A DNA stretch of 63,997 nt, counting the filler, from Reclinomonas americana ATCC 50394 (lineage: Eukaryota): the NCBI GenBank assembly GCA_048213135.1. It is 11 parts of 6 records of this genome, joined end to end, with 100 filler letters (N's around TTAATTAATTAA, not from the genome) between each part and the next. Parts side by side here need not be neighbours in the genome. Positions count along the whole stretch, not along the records: positions 1 to 22,886 come from PS015743.1; 10 more parts are not named here. One strand, 5' to 3'. This document shows, piece after piece, positions 1 through 18,526 of the stretch. The position numbers and the translations under genes are program-made. Below the pieces are notes generated by a model that saw nothing but the letters and a program-made list of their open reading frames with translations, searched no databases and was not told where the DNA came from. Positions within the stretch are counted from its first letter, which is position 1, and the number at the start of each line of letters is the position of its first letter.

Positions 1-809
1 ATACTCAGTACTCTTTGGTGTACACTGTCGTTCCTTGCGAAGGTCACTGTGCAAGTCGCACCTCACTGACACCCACAGCGTCTCTCTTGTTCTTGACGAT
101 CGCAGTCGTGCACGTGATATGAGTGAGAGAGAAAACTGAAGAGGTACTACGGCCAGTGCGTGATGCTTTGCCTCTTAAAAGGGAAGATGACTGTTTGGAG
201 AAGTTTATGGTACTTTGTGACTTGGTCATTGTCGGCAAGGGATTTGTCGAGTGGTGGACAGATGCTGCGTGGAGATCCTGCGGGCGGACTATGCGATGTT
301 CGCTCTAGATCTCTGCTGTGCTGGTGACAACCAGGCTCAAAACCAGAACCATCCCACCCGCAGCAGCTGCGCCGCAGCCTCAGGGCAACTAGAACCATCG
401 CGTCGCTGCTGCAGCACCCAGCTTCAACGAGTTCAGCGTCTACGTAGGCCGCTGACACTCTTTGCGTCACGAAATCCCCTCGAGGCCAACACGCGTTTGA
501 TTGGCTTTGCCTCCGAAAGGGAAGATGACTGTTGGAGAAGTAATTATGTGTTTTATATGTTGCTGGTGTGCCAAGGTCATTGTCGGGTGGGCGTTCATCG
601 CATTTTTGGAATGTGGTGAATGAAGTTTTGTTTGTTTGAGACTGTTCGTCGCACGCGGATCTGGAAAGAATACCATCATGCAGTACTGTTCGGCACACAG
701 TTATCATTGTTCCCCCTGCCTGCCTCCCGAAAGTCTCCAACAATGCACCGCGAAGTCAGTCAACGTCCTGTTCTCAGCATTCTTTTTGCATAGCAGCAAA
801 CATACAGCC

Positions 810-1095
810 ATGGTGTTCATCTCCATCCAAGGCAGCAACATCAACACCACGGTGAGCTCACAGTGACGCGCATGCAGTGTGTGCTCATGTGGACGCGCGA
901 GTGCGAGAAGTTTTCGACTCACACACTCAATGTTTCTTTCTCTCTCGCACACAGATCACGCAGACTGCGAGCGAGCCCTTCAACCTCACTCCGCAGCAGG
1001 CGAGTGTGGAGCAGAGCAACGGCTTCCAGCTGATGCCGTTTGGCGAGTTCATTCATATCCAGTACATGCAGGAGGAGTTTGCCTTCAACTACTGA
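810..1095 (+). CDS. Small 60-aa peptide, paralog 1 (exons 810-851, 955-1095)
   Basis: ATG...ACG|GTGAGC...CACAG splices to MVFISIQGSNINTT-ITQTASEPFNLTPQQASVEQSNGFQLMPFGEFIHIQYMQEEFAFNY*. Same exon structure and protein-level similarity as the next gene. Confidence 0.75.
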
Positions 1096-1231
1096 GAGAG
1101 AGAAGAAAGAGAGAAGAGAGAGTCAGTCACAAACAAACAGCCATTGGCATGCCTCTTTGTTATGTTTGTGAAGGCCGTCCTCCGTCGTGTCAATCTCTCA
1201 CTCATTTGCAACAAAATATTAGCAAGCGAAA

Positions 1232-1755
1232 ATGGTGCTCATTGTCGTTCAAGGCAGCAACATCAATACCACGGTGAGCCTTATTACGCAAAGCAATGTG
1301 CACTGCTCTTCTTTCACGAGTGCGAGTGAGAGGAACCTCACATGTGCGCCAGTGAGTGCGAGAAGTTTTCAGTGCGTCTCTCATTCTTGTGTGTGTGTGT
1401 GAGAGAGAGAGAGTGAGTGTGTCAAAACCACACTGCTCTTTCACGCGTGAGCAACCGCATGCAAACAATGAGAGTGAGAGCTATTCAATAAGTTTACTCC
1501 TCTCTCTCCCTCTGTGTGAGTGAGTGAGTGTGTGCGTGTCATACCACAAACGCCTTTCTGCACTGCTCTTTCATGCTTGAGAAGGCACATGCAAACAATG
1601 AGAGTGAGAACTCTTCTGTGCCTCTCTCTCTCTCTCTCTCTGTCTGTGCATGTGTGTGTACGCGTGTCAATAGTAAGAACCCCACTCTGCACTACTCATT
1701 CGCGCTTGAGGGAGCGTGAGAACTCTTCAGTTTCTCTCTTCTCTCTCCTTCTCCC

Positions 1756-1797
<42 letters not shown>

Positions 1798-2783
1798 NNN
1801 NNNNNNNNNNNNNNNNNNNNNNNNNNNNNNNNNNNNNNNNNNNNNNNNNNNNNNNNNNNNNNNNNNNNNNNNNNNNNNNNNNNNNNNNNNNNNNNNNNNN
1901 NNNNNNNNNNNNNNNNNNNNNNNNNNNNNNNNNNNNNNNNNNNNNNNNNNNNNNNNNNNNNNNNNNNNNNNNNNNNNNNNNNNNNNNNNNNNNNNNNNNN
2001 NNNNNNNNNNNNNNNNNNNNNNNNNNNNNNNNNNNNNNNNNNNNNNNNNNNNNNNNNNNNNNNNNNNNNNNNNNNNNNNNNNNNNNNNNNNNNNNNNNNN
2101 NNNNNNNNNNNNNNNNNNNNNNNNNNNNNNNNNNNNNNNNNNNNNNNNNNNNNNNNNNNNNNNNNNNNNNNNNNNNNNNNNNNNNNNNNNNNNNNNNNNN
2201 NNNNNNNNNNNNNNNNNNNNNNNNNNNNNNNNNNNNNNNNNNNNNNNNNNNNNNNNNNNNNNNNNNNNNNNNNNNNNNNNNNNNNNNNNNNNNNNNNNNN
2301 NNNNNNNNNNNNNNNNNNNNNNNNNNNNNNNNNNNNNNNNNNNNNNNNNNNNNNNNNNNNNNNNNNNNNNNNNNNNNNNNNNNNNNTTCTCTTCTTCTCT
2401 CTCTCTCTCTCCTCCTCTCTCCTCCTCTCTCTCTCTCCCCTCCCTCCCTCTCTCTCTCTCTCTCACTCTCTGTCTGTCTGTGCATGTGTGTGTATGAGTG
2501 TACGCCTGTCAATACTACAATCACCACTCTGCATGCGCACTGCTCATTCGCGCTTGAGAAAGCGTGAGAACTCTTCAGTGTTTCTCTCTCCCTCCCTCTC
2601 TCTCTCTCCCTCTCTCCCTCTCTGTCTGTGCATGTGTGTATGTGTACGCGTGTCATATCACAAACACCACAGTGCACTTCTCTTTCATGCTTGAGAAAGC
2701 ACATGCAGACAATGAGAGTGCGAACTCTTCAGTGCTCTCTCACCCCCTCTCTATGTCACCCTCCCTCTCCTCCCTCCTCCCTC

Positions 2784-2815
<32 letters not shown>

Positions 2816-3133
2816 GTCTGTCTGTCTGTGCATGTGTGTGTATGTGTACGCGTGTCAATACCACGCACACCACTCTGCACTGCTTATTCATGTACAATAA
2901 GAGTGAGAACTTTTCCGCGCGTTTATGTGCGCTTCTCACTCACCTTTATCTTTCTCTCTTCTCCCTCTTCGCGTGTACAGATCTCTCAGCCCGTGAGTGA
3001 GCCATTTGGCTTGAATCCGCAGCAGGCGGCCATTGAGCAGAACGCTGGACTCGGGCTGATGCCGTTTTGCCAGTTTGAGGGCATTATCACGAGGGATAAT
3101 GAGATGGCGAGTGGGTTTTTCTGCGGCTGCTGA
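1232..3133 (+). CDS. Small 64-aa peptide, paralog 2 (exons 1232-1273, 2981-3133; intron spans an N gap)
   Basis: MVLIVVQGSNINTT|ISQPVSEPFGLNPQQAAIEQNAGLGLMPFCQFEGIITRDNEMASGFFCGC*. Intron position and phase identical to paralog 1. Confidence 0.7.
1400..2915. repeat. Degenerate ~120-150 bp tandem repeats with CT/GT microsatellites in the intron of paralog 2
   Basis: Recurring GTGTCAATA...CACTGCTC...GCTTGAGAA...GAGAGTGAGAACTCTTC units. Confidence 0.7.
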
Positions 3134-3440
3134 GCTCGAGCTGAGGAAGTGCGTATGTGAGGGAGATGCAGACATGCTGCACGCGGTTTCACGTGCAGTG
3201 AACGAATGGCTCTTCTCACACCGTTTGTTCTCTGTTTGGTCGGCTTGTATTGCGGGTGTGCCTTTCTCTCGTTTCGTCTGACAAGGATGCGCGAAGCTTC
3301 TGCACGAGCCACTGTATCTGTTTCTCTGACGATCCTTCTATTTAGCTCCCTTCCTCGCGGCGAGTGGTCACTGTCAGTGTTGTTCTCTGAAGAGACATAT
3401 GCATGGACTCGAGGTTTGTGCCACAGATTCATCATGGCCA

Positions 3441-3471
<31 letters not shown>

Positions 3472-4083
3472 ACACTCGTACAGCTGACGACTTGCGCAAG
3501 AGGACGACAGACTGCGTTCTCTCCACTCTCCTCCCCACTTGATCTCCGGATCCTCCCAGCCGTCAGCTCGCGAATCGATCGATATCAACATTGCATGTCA
3601 ACCTGTGCGACCAACTTGAGGAGGGTAACATACTGCGTGTTTCCACTGTCCTGCTTGGTCTGTGCCTCCACAGTTCACTGTGGCCAAGCTGTGCCCTCCA
3701 GTATCGATATCGATCAATATCTTCGAACGCTGCGTGATCCAGCGAAACCATCGCTGACGACTTGGACTGGCTTGGAGAGGACGATGAGATACGTGCTTTC
3801 CACCACCCAAGTTGCCCTCTGCCTTCTTTCAGCCATCAACTCTGTCCCGTATCAATATCGATATCGGGTTCGAAAACTATATTCGACTCTTCTCGCTCCC
3901 TCACTGCTGGCGACGCTCTTCAGTATCTTGCACTTAATGCATACGGCGATCATCATGCGCCTGCTCAACTTCCAGGTGAACAAAGTGGTAGACGTGGCGT
4001 GCATTTTCGATGCATTTGCAGTTGTCCACCTCTGTCCCCTTTCCGTCTTTCTCTCGTCCTCTCACACCCATGGAAGCAAGCAG

Positions 4084-4827
4084 AGAGGAGTTCAACGCAG
4101 AGGCATACTGTGCACACGTTGTGGAGGCGCTCATTGATCACATTGGCGCAGTGGTTGTGGTCACTGAGGATCAAGATGATTGTGTAAGTGGTGTTGTGTG
4201 GACGCGAGCGTGTGTGGAGCGCGCGAAACGAGAGTGGAACTTGCGCGTGGTCACCTCGGTGTGCTTGAATGAGCGGGAGAAGTGGGCGGTGGAGGTGGAG
4301 GAGGGGAGAGCAGGTTTGTTGAGGGAGGGAGAGAGGGAGAGGGAGAGGGAGGGAGAGAGAGAGAGAGAGTGAGAGGAGGGGGGAGGGAGATAGGAAGGGA
4401 GGTGTGCAGCAAGAGAGAGAGAGAGGTGAGACAGTGGACTGCTGATTTTCCGAGTTGCAGTCACTCTGTCTTCCGAGTGTTCCCGTCCTCTCGCATGCTC
4501 TTATTCTTCTTCCGCCTGTCCCTTGCGCCTTTGCTCTTTTCCAGAGCTCTCTCTCTCTCTCTCTATCTCTCTGCGCTTCTCCCTTGTGTTTCCTTGCTCT
4601 TCCCCCTTTGCTCTTCTCCATATGCACTTTCTTGTCTCCCTTGGCTCTCTTGCTGTGCTCCTTCGCTCCTCCAATCCCTTCCCCTTTGCTCTTCTCCCTT
4701 TTCTCACCGTTTTGCTCCCTCCCTATGTTCTTCCTATTGCTCCTCTCGCTTCCGCTCTTCGCCTTTGCTCGTCCCTCTTTGATAGCTCCTCGCCCCCCTT
4801 CTCATTTCCTCTATGCTCGTCTCCCGG

Positions 4828-4870
<43 letters not shown>

Positions 4871-4883
4871 CTCTCTCTCTTCT

Positions 4884-4928
<45 letters not shown>

Positions 4929-5769
4929 GTGCACGTACGTGTACCAGTTGCAGGTTGGTTGATGACCTGAGTACTGATTATGATTGATGTTCGCGTAGAA
5001 ACGAATGCCGGTTGTTCCACGGTGCAGAACGGAGTTGTTGCTCGTTGCGTTACTTGCGGGCTCCAGTTCGCATCTTCTGCCGTCTCATTCTCTGTTACAC
5101 TGAGTAGCGGCGTTGGAGGTGTGTCTGTTCGAGGCAGTGGATCGACCAGGCGGCACAATCTTGGGTGTGTCGGCTTCTGCAAGCGAGGTGGCATGTTGTG
5201 AAGCGTGCGACCGTTTGACACAGTGCCGATCGTGGACCTTCCTTGATGCTGCCGCGGCATCCAACGCTCTTGGCGTGAGTGTGTGCACGCTAAAGGCACG
5301 CGATCGTTGATAAGAAAAGGAGCTTTTGAGCGACCGACAAGCTCACCGTCCTCTTCTTTTGCATGCAGAGCACCGTGCCGGCGGCGGCAGCCAATGCAGA
5401 GACCAGCAACGTGTGCGGTTCACATTTCTGCTTGGTTTCAGGACGCAAGACGAGTGCGGCTACGTATGACAGCAGCGGTTTCCAGACGAGCACGGGTGAG
5501 TCCTCTCGCAGAAATGAGGGATGAGAGAATCGAGGGACTCATGCTGTTGTCTGCATGCAGATCGACCTGGTGGCGATCTCACGTGGGCGATCAAGACGAC
5601 AACCGGGCCACAAACATGCTCGCTGTGGTGCTCACAGTTGACCGCCTGCGGCTCGTGGACATTTACGGCGTCGACCAAGCAGTGTGTGCCAAAGAGTGGC
5701 GTGGTGGCGACGTCGACTGCGACGGCGTGCGCGACGAGCGGGGACTGCACGTCGGGGTTGAAAATTTGA
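4084..5769 (+). CDS. PAN/Apple-domain protein (two Cys-rich modules); 5' exons uncertain, may extend to ~3.5 kb
   Basis: Spliced product has DRPGG-x-CCEACDRLTQCRSWTF-x-CTLKS and DRPGGDL-x-CSLWCSQLTACGSWTF-x-CVPKS-x-CTSG, the PAN_4/Apple cysteine pattern. Stop at 5769. Confidence 0.7.
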
Positions 5770-6229
5770 ATGCATATTTTGGCGCCAAAAGGTTTTCACC
5801 CTGTTTCCTCTTCTTACATTTTCACATTCATATGGCCGGGAGTGAGTGACTTGAACGCCCTCGGTTGCTCACGTGCTTCAGCGTATACAAGCTTCCACGC
5901 ACAACAATGAGAGACAAAGCAAAAAAAATCCTGCGTTTCGCTGCGCTCTCTTGCGGATCGGAGATATGTCGACCCCGCGCTCTCCTCCTCGTTGCCCTCT
6001 TCCTTCTCGTTGCTGCTGCCTCTCTCTCAGAGGCCGCTCATGTGATCTCCGCTGCACGCCTTGATGCGATCGCGAGTTGCCGCACTCTCCCTCGGCCTCT
6101 GTCGCGCGCCCGCCTCCGATGGAACGCGCAGCGGTGCGTGACGCACGCGTACGCTGCGGGCCGGCACCATCACCACCAGCGACAGCACTTGCCGCTAAAC
6201 AGTTTTGCAAGCTTACGCTCCAAGTGACA

Positions 6230-6790
6230 TCGTGCTTGCAACTACGAAGCCAAGCAAAGCAGTAGTTGTACCGTGTATCCACATTGCTAAGCACGCCAAC
6301 AAGAACCAGAGAAGAGGAGCAAGGAATTCGAATTCGAAAACAATTGCATGAAAGTTCGAATTCGAACGTACACGTCGAGTGCAACACTGTCTCACTTGCA
6401 ACTACCAAAGACAAGCAAAGTAGAATTTATGTCCACATGCAAACTTTCACGCACGACAACAAGAACCACCCCTGGCAGCAACACATGGATCCGGAATTCG
6501 AAAACAATTTGCAATTGCAAACGTCGGATGCAACACAACTCTCATCACTCCTCCACTTGCAGCTACCAAAGCCAAGCAAAGTAGAAGTTATCTTTGTATC
6601 CGCACTGCTATGCACGACAACAAGCGTCACAGAAGAGCAGCAGGGAATTCAAAAATTGCAATTGCAATTGCAAACGTCGTATGCAACACTGCTCTCATCA
6701 CTCCTCCACTTGCAACTACCAAAGCCAAGTAATGTAGAAGCTTGCTATGTATACAAACTTTCACGCACGACAAAGCAAGAAAGTCCTGCA
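6230..6790. repeat. Degenerate ~160-170 bp tandem repeat, about 3.5 copies
   Basis: CTTGCAACTACCAAAGCCAAGCAAAGTAGAA-like block near 6235, 6395, 6555 and 6710. Confidence 0.75.
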
Positions 6791-7325
6791 TTTCGTTCTT
6801 GCTGGANNNNNNNNNNNNNNNNNNNNNNNNNNNNNNNNNNNNNNNNNNNNNNNNNNNNNNNNNNNNNNNNNNNNNNNNNNNNNNNNNNNNNNNNNNNNNN
6901 NNNNNNNNNNNNNNNNNNNNNNNNNNNNNNNNNNNNNNNNNNNNNNNNNNNNNNNNNNNNNNNNNNNNNNNNNNNNNNNNNNNNNNNNNNNNNNNNNNNN
7001 NNNNNNNNNNNNNNNNNNNNNNNNNNNNNNNNNNNNNNNNNNNNNNNNNNNNNNNNNNNNNNNNNNNNNNNNNNNNNNNNNNNNNNNNNNNNNNNNNNNN
7101 NNNNNNNNNNNNNNNNNNNNNNNNNNNNNNNNNNNNNNNNNNNNNNNNNNNNNNNNNNNNNNNNNNNNNNNNNNNNNNNNNNNNNNNNNNNNNNNNNNNN
7201 NNNNNNNNNNNNNNNNNNNNNNNNNNNNNNNNNNNNNNNNNNNNNNNNNNNNNNNNNNNNNNNNNNNNNNNNNNTTTGTATAGCTCCTCCGCCCCCCTTC
7301 CTCATTTCCTCTATGCTCGTCTCCG

Positions 7326-7369
<44 letters not shown>

Positions 7370-7510
7370 TTCTTCCTTCGTTCTTCCCCATGCACTCCTC
7401 CCTCCCTGTGCTCCTCTCTCTTTGCTCTGCCCTTCCCTCCTTCCCCTTCCCTCCTTCCCCTTCCTCCTTCCCCTTCATCCTCCTCCCCCCTCAACTCCTC
7501 CCTTCCACAG

Positions 7511-10119
7511 CCCCCCGCGTGCAATTCACCCAACTCGCCTGCGTCGAGCAACACGAATCGTTTCGTCGCTCACACCTCCTTTCTTCGGCACCCTCCCTTG
7601 ACCCTCACTCTCACCTTGCAGTGGCGCCTGCGGGTACTACGCCCTGCACAACGCCCTCCTTCTGACGCACTTGCCGGATCCGCGACTCTCCGTCTTCTCG
7701 TTGCGCCCTTTTGTCGTCCTTTCCCCCGCCCTCCCTCCGCTCACCCTTACCGCAGTCCGGTCAACGCCCTCTACCTGTCGGCCACGCTGCGCGATGTGCC
7801 ACTCTTCTACAGCACCTACGTGCGCGTGAAGCAGCTGCTGCAGCACGAGTGTGACGTGCGGCGCAGAGCACGCCGCCACGAAGTCGGGCTGCTGCCGTCG
7901 CCAGGTTCATTCTCACGCACAAACACTTGTTCACCTGTCGTCCATCTCATCCCATCATAAACAGATGCCGACATGCATTCCGCACTGCTGCGCTCGATGA
8001 GTGAGGCCGAACGCGAGGGTGCGTTGGTCTCTGTTAGAATGTGCATCGTGGAGAGCGTGTGCTCTCTTGTAAGGAGCTTTCGGAGCCGGGCAAGGATAGG
8101 AGACGTGTAGATGAAGCCAGAGAAGTGAGGGAGACGTGTGGATAAGGGCCAGACAAGGGTAGGCGATGTGTCGATGGAGCCAGACAAGGGTAGGAGACGT
8201 ATAGATGGAGGCAGACAAGGGTAGAAAACGTGCAAATGGAAACAGACAAAGATGTGAGATGTGTAGATGGAGCCAGGCAGGGATAGGAGACGTGTAGATG
8301 GAGCCAGACAAGGGCTGGAGACGTGTCGATGGAGCCAGACAAGGGCTGGAGACGTGAAAGATGGAGCCAGAGAAGTGAGGGAGACGTGTAGATGGCGCCA
8401 GACAAGGGAAGGAGACGTGTAGATGGAGGCAGACAAGAATAGTAGACGGGAAAATGGAGGTAGACAACGAGAGAAGATGTGTAGATGGAGCCAGACAAGG
8501 GTAGGAGACGTGTAGATGGAGCAAGTCCGGCTCCACCGACGTCTCCTACCCTTGTCGTGCTCTATCTGCACGTCTTCTATCCCTGCCTGGCTCCATCTGC
8601 ACGTCTCTTACCCTTGTCTGGCTCTATTTACACATCCTACCCTTGTCTGGCTCCACCTACACGTCTCCTAACAATCACAAGGATTGGAGATGCGTAGATG
8701 GTCTCCCATCCCTCGCTGCACAACTAACCTTCCACCTAACGCAGAGGAGGAAGTCAATCTATATCCTTGGGTGCGCCAGGCAATCTTGCACGCCGACATG
8801 GAACGGCCGCACCTCGACTTTTTGTTGTCGGCGGTGAGCCACCCTCACTGCCTTTCTATCCCCTCGTTTCCCGCTCACACGCTGCTCATTTACCACCACA
8901 GGACGCGCAATCTCCTCCTCAACCTCCCGGCGCTCTCCGTATGCTGCAAGCGCTTCTGGCCTCCGCGTCGTCCGTGCCTGTCACCACTGTTCCCCAATTC
9001 GGAGTGCAGGCTTTCACCACGGGCCAGTTGGTGGATTCGGAGAGTTGCGCTTGAGCTCTCCTCCTCCAATGAGAGAGTGCACTAACACGCGTGCTTCTCT
9101 CTTACCAGTCGACGATCTGCACCGCACGTTTGCCAGGCTGCAGACGGGCCCGATGGGTAGTCGAGCGATTTTCATTGTCGGCGTGCACAATGTTCCGTCC
9201 CCCCTTTCCTTCTTTTCTCCTCTCCTCCTCGACCCTCACCTCCCGTGACACAGCACTGGGTGACGGTGACGGCGCACAAGGTGGTGGATGCGGTGGAGCA
9301 TGACGACCGGGGAGCGTACGAGGTCACGCTGCTCAACTCACACAACTACCCGGTGGTGTGCCAGGATGCTGACTCGCACGCAGTCATTGTGGTTTGTCCT
9401 CAACATTCCTGTTCGCTTTCTCCACCGGCACGACAACTCATCTGTGCACAAAAGGACAAGTGGATTGACGAGTTGAAACGAAGCAAGGCGCAGCGACCGC
9501 CAGCGGCGGCAGCAGCCGAGGATAGCCGCGCCAACATGCTCGAGGGTCTCAACTCGATTGACGCAGCGTGTCGACTGGTGGGTCGCCTGTGCGCCGAGCC
9601 CGATTACATTTACCGGTTTGTTGACACCCGAAAGCCTCGCAGCACACGCTCACTCACTCAATCACTCCTTCTTGCCAGACACTACGTGGAGTGTGTGGTT
9701 CTCGGCCTCTTTTCGTCGTTCAACCAGTGGGTCGTCACCAACACCGAGGTGCGTTTTGCACACTTGCCATGCAAGACAACTCGCAACTCACTCATGTCTG
9801 TGCGCAGTTCCGCGGCGACGATCCATCTGTTCCGTGGGGTCCCATGGACGTGGCGCTGTGGTTGACGGCTGGCTACCTCCCGCCACAAATCCAAGAGTGC
9901 GTGGTGCGACGAGTGCTCCTGTACGGCGCCAAGAAATGCTTGTCGCCGGCATTGGCTCGCCGCCTGTTGGAGTGGTCGGCGGAGATCCGCAGCCGGGTGA
10001 ATCTGGAAGACGACGACCTGGCCGACACATTCGGCGACATGCCTGCACGCTTTGTGCCGGTGCTTGCCGCACTCGAGGCGTTGGCACGATCCGCACTTCA
10101 GGGAGAAGAAGAGGAGTAA
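7511..10119 (+). CDS. Hypothetical protein with Josephin/papain-like Cys-His-Asn motifs (5' partial, 11 visible exons)
   Basis: Phase-consistent splicing gives EQHESGACGYYALHNA ... AIFIVGVHNHWVTVTAHK ... VTLLNSHN ... ALQGEEEE*. Confidence 0.65.
8090..8700. repeat. Intronic ~31-bp minisatellite with an inverted arm (foldback)
   Basis: GAGACGTGTAGATGGAGCCAGACAAGGGTAG units at 8095-8522, reverse-complement units at 8530-8670. Confidence 0.85.
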
Positions 10120-10385
10120 AGCATGTTGTTATCTTTACCGGTGAGTCGCGGTCCTTCTCCTTGCCAGAAGAGTGCGTAGTGTGTCTGTAAGGCGCCAAGA
10201 AATGCTTCTCGCCGGCATTGGCTCGCCGCCTGCTGGAGTGCTCGGCGGAGATCCACGGTCAGCGTGAATCTGGAAGACGACGACCTGGCCGACCTCGAGA
10301 CCTTGGCACGAGCCACACTTTGTGGAGTAAAATAAAATGAAGCAGCACACATGTACACATAATAGTTTTCTTTTTCATAATCAAA

Positions 10386-17359
<6,974 letters not shown>

Positions 17360-18526
17360 TCTTTACACAGTCCTCTGCTCGGTGTGCACACACACACAAA
17401 TCGAGCGAGTCTGATTATTCGAGTACACTCTCTATACCCTGCTCACTCGCACTCACAGACACAAGACACGAACGTGTGCGTGCGCGTGCGCGTGAATGTG
17501 GAGATGAGAGACGACGGTTCACACACGCGCAAAGCTGCAAAAAAAAGCTACAAATGCGACAACGGCTGACGTTTCGGTCGATGCGGTGGATGTCTGAATG
17601 CGAGATAATTCCGGCTTACGGAAGCAGGTGCAAACGGGTACAACGCCAGCTCCATTCTGATAATCTCCTTCGCTGAGCTTCGGAATGGGAGTCGAGATGG
17701 CGCGGAAAGGTTGGGGAAAACTAGATTGTATTTCGCCGCCGGTTCGAATTCGAATTCTCGGGCTCGCTGGGAATGCAAGTCGAGAAGAAAAGTGCATGCA
17801 CCTGATGATCAGGTCAATGGCCTAGTTGGCGCAGTCCGGGTCCTTGTTTTGCAATTGCGGAGCCGATATTTTCCATTCGACAGGAACAATTTATTCACCA
17901 ACAAACAAGCAACAGCTGTCTTGACGACCAAGTTCAACCGTATCCAAAACATCAACACAGACACCAATCTTGAGGCAGCAGCAGGTTCCTTGTGTGTATG
18001 TGTGTTCGCTCTCGGAGCTCCGAACAAGTCAAGAACTGCGATCTTCACCGCATAAGCGTGGTTAACCAGTGGATTTGACGCACTTGCATAGACGCATAGC
18101 GCTTTCTGCGACCGTACACGGCACATCGAATTCGGGAAAAGGCCATAAGCCAGGCAAACAAAGCAAAGCCGGGTCCGGATCCGTGAAGCAGGCAAAGCAA
18201 AAGCACTCAGTGGTGGTGTCGCGATCGTACGTTGGTGGCGTGGTGAACTGTGGACACCTGCATAGACGCATGGGCCTTTCTGTGATCGTATTACACTGCA
18301 CACCCAATCTCTGGAAAGGCCGTTTTGCCAGCTGCAGGCAATTGCAATTGCAAACAAACCGGGTCCAGATCCGTGAAGCAAGGGAATTGCAAAGATATCG
18401 ATATGTAGGACGTCTATTCGCGCCAACAGCCTGCGCATTCCGGGTACGCTTGTACATGGCCACTCACAAGTCGCAAACCGGTGAAATTTCACCCACTCCG
18501 AAATCACTTATCCACCCTCGCGAGCC
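17360..18526. promoter_or_regulatory. Putative bidirectional promoter region between PMCA and the CIPK-like kinase
   Basis: Divergent ATGs at 17359(-) and 18527(+). The spacer is largely free of microsatellites and has a 22-bp direct repeat. Confidence 0.5.

Noticed and set aside
4780..4860. ~70-bp block shared with 7279-7360
   Set aside because: Short and low-complexity, attached to a CT microsatellite, with no termini or target-site duplication to support a mobile element.
8691..8770. Acceptor at 8697 derived from the repeat unit
   Set aside because: The acceptor at 8744 has CTAAC branch sites and keeps phase with the downstream exons, so it is preferred.
17809..18507. 232-aa minus-strand ORF between PMCA and the kinase
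   Set aside because: No recognisable motif, lacks the GC3-rich codon style of the real exons, and overlaps the expected promoter.
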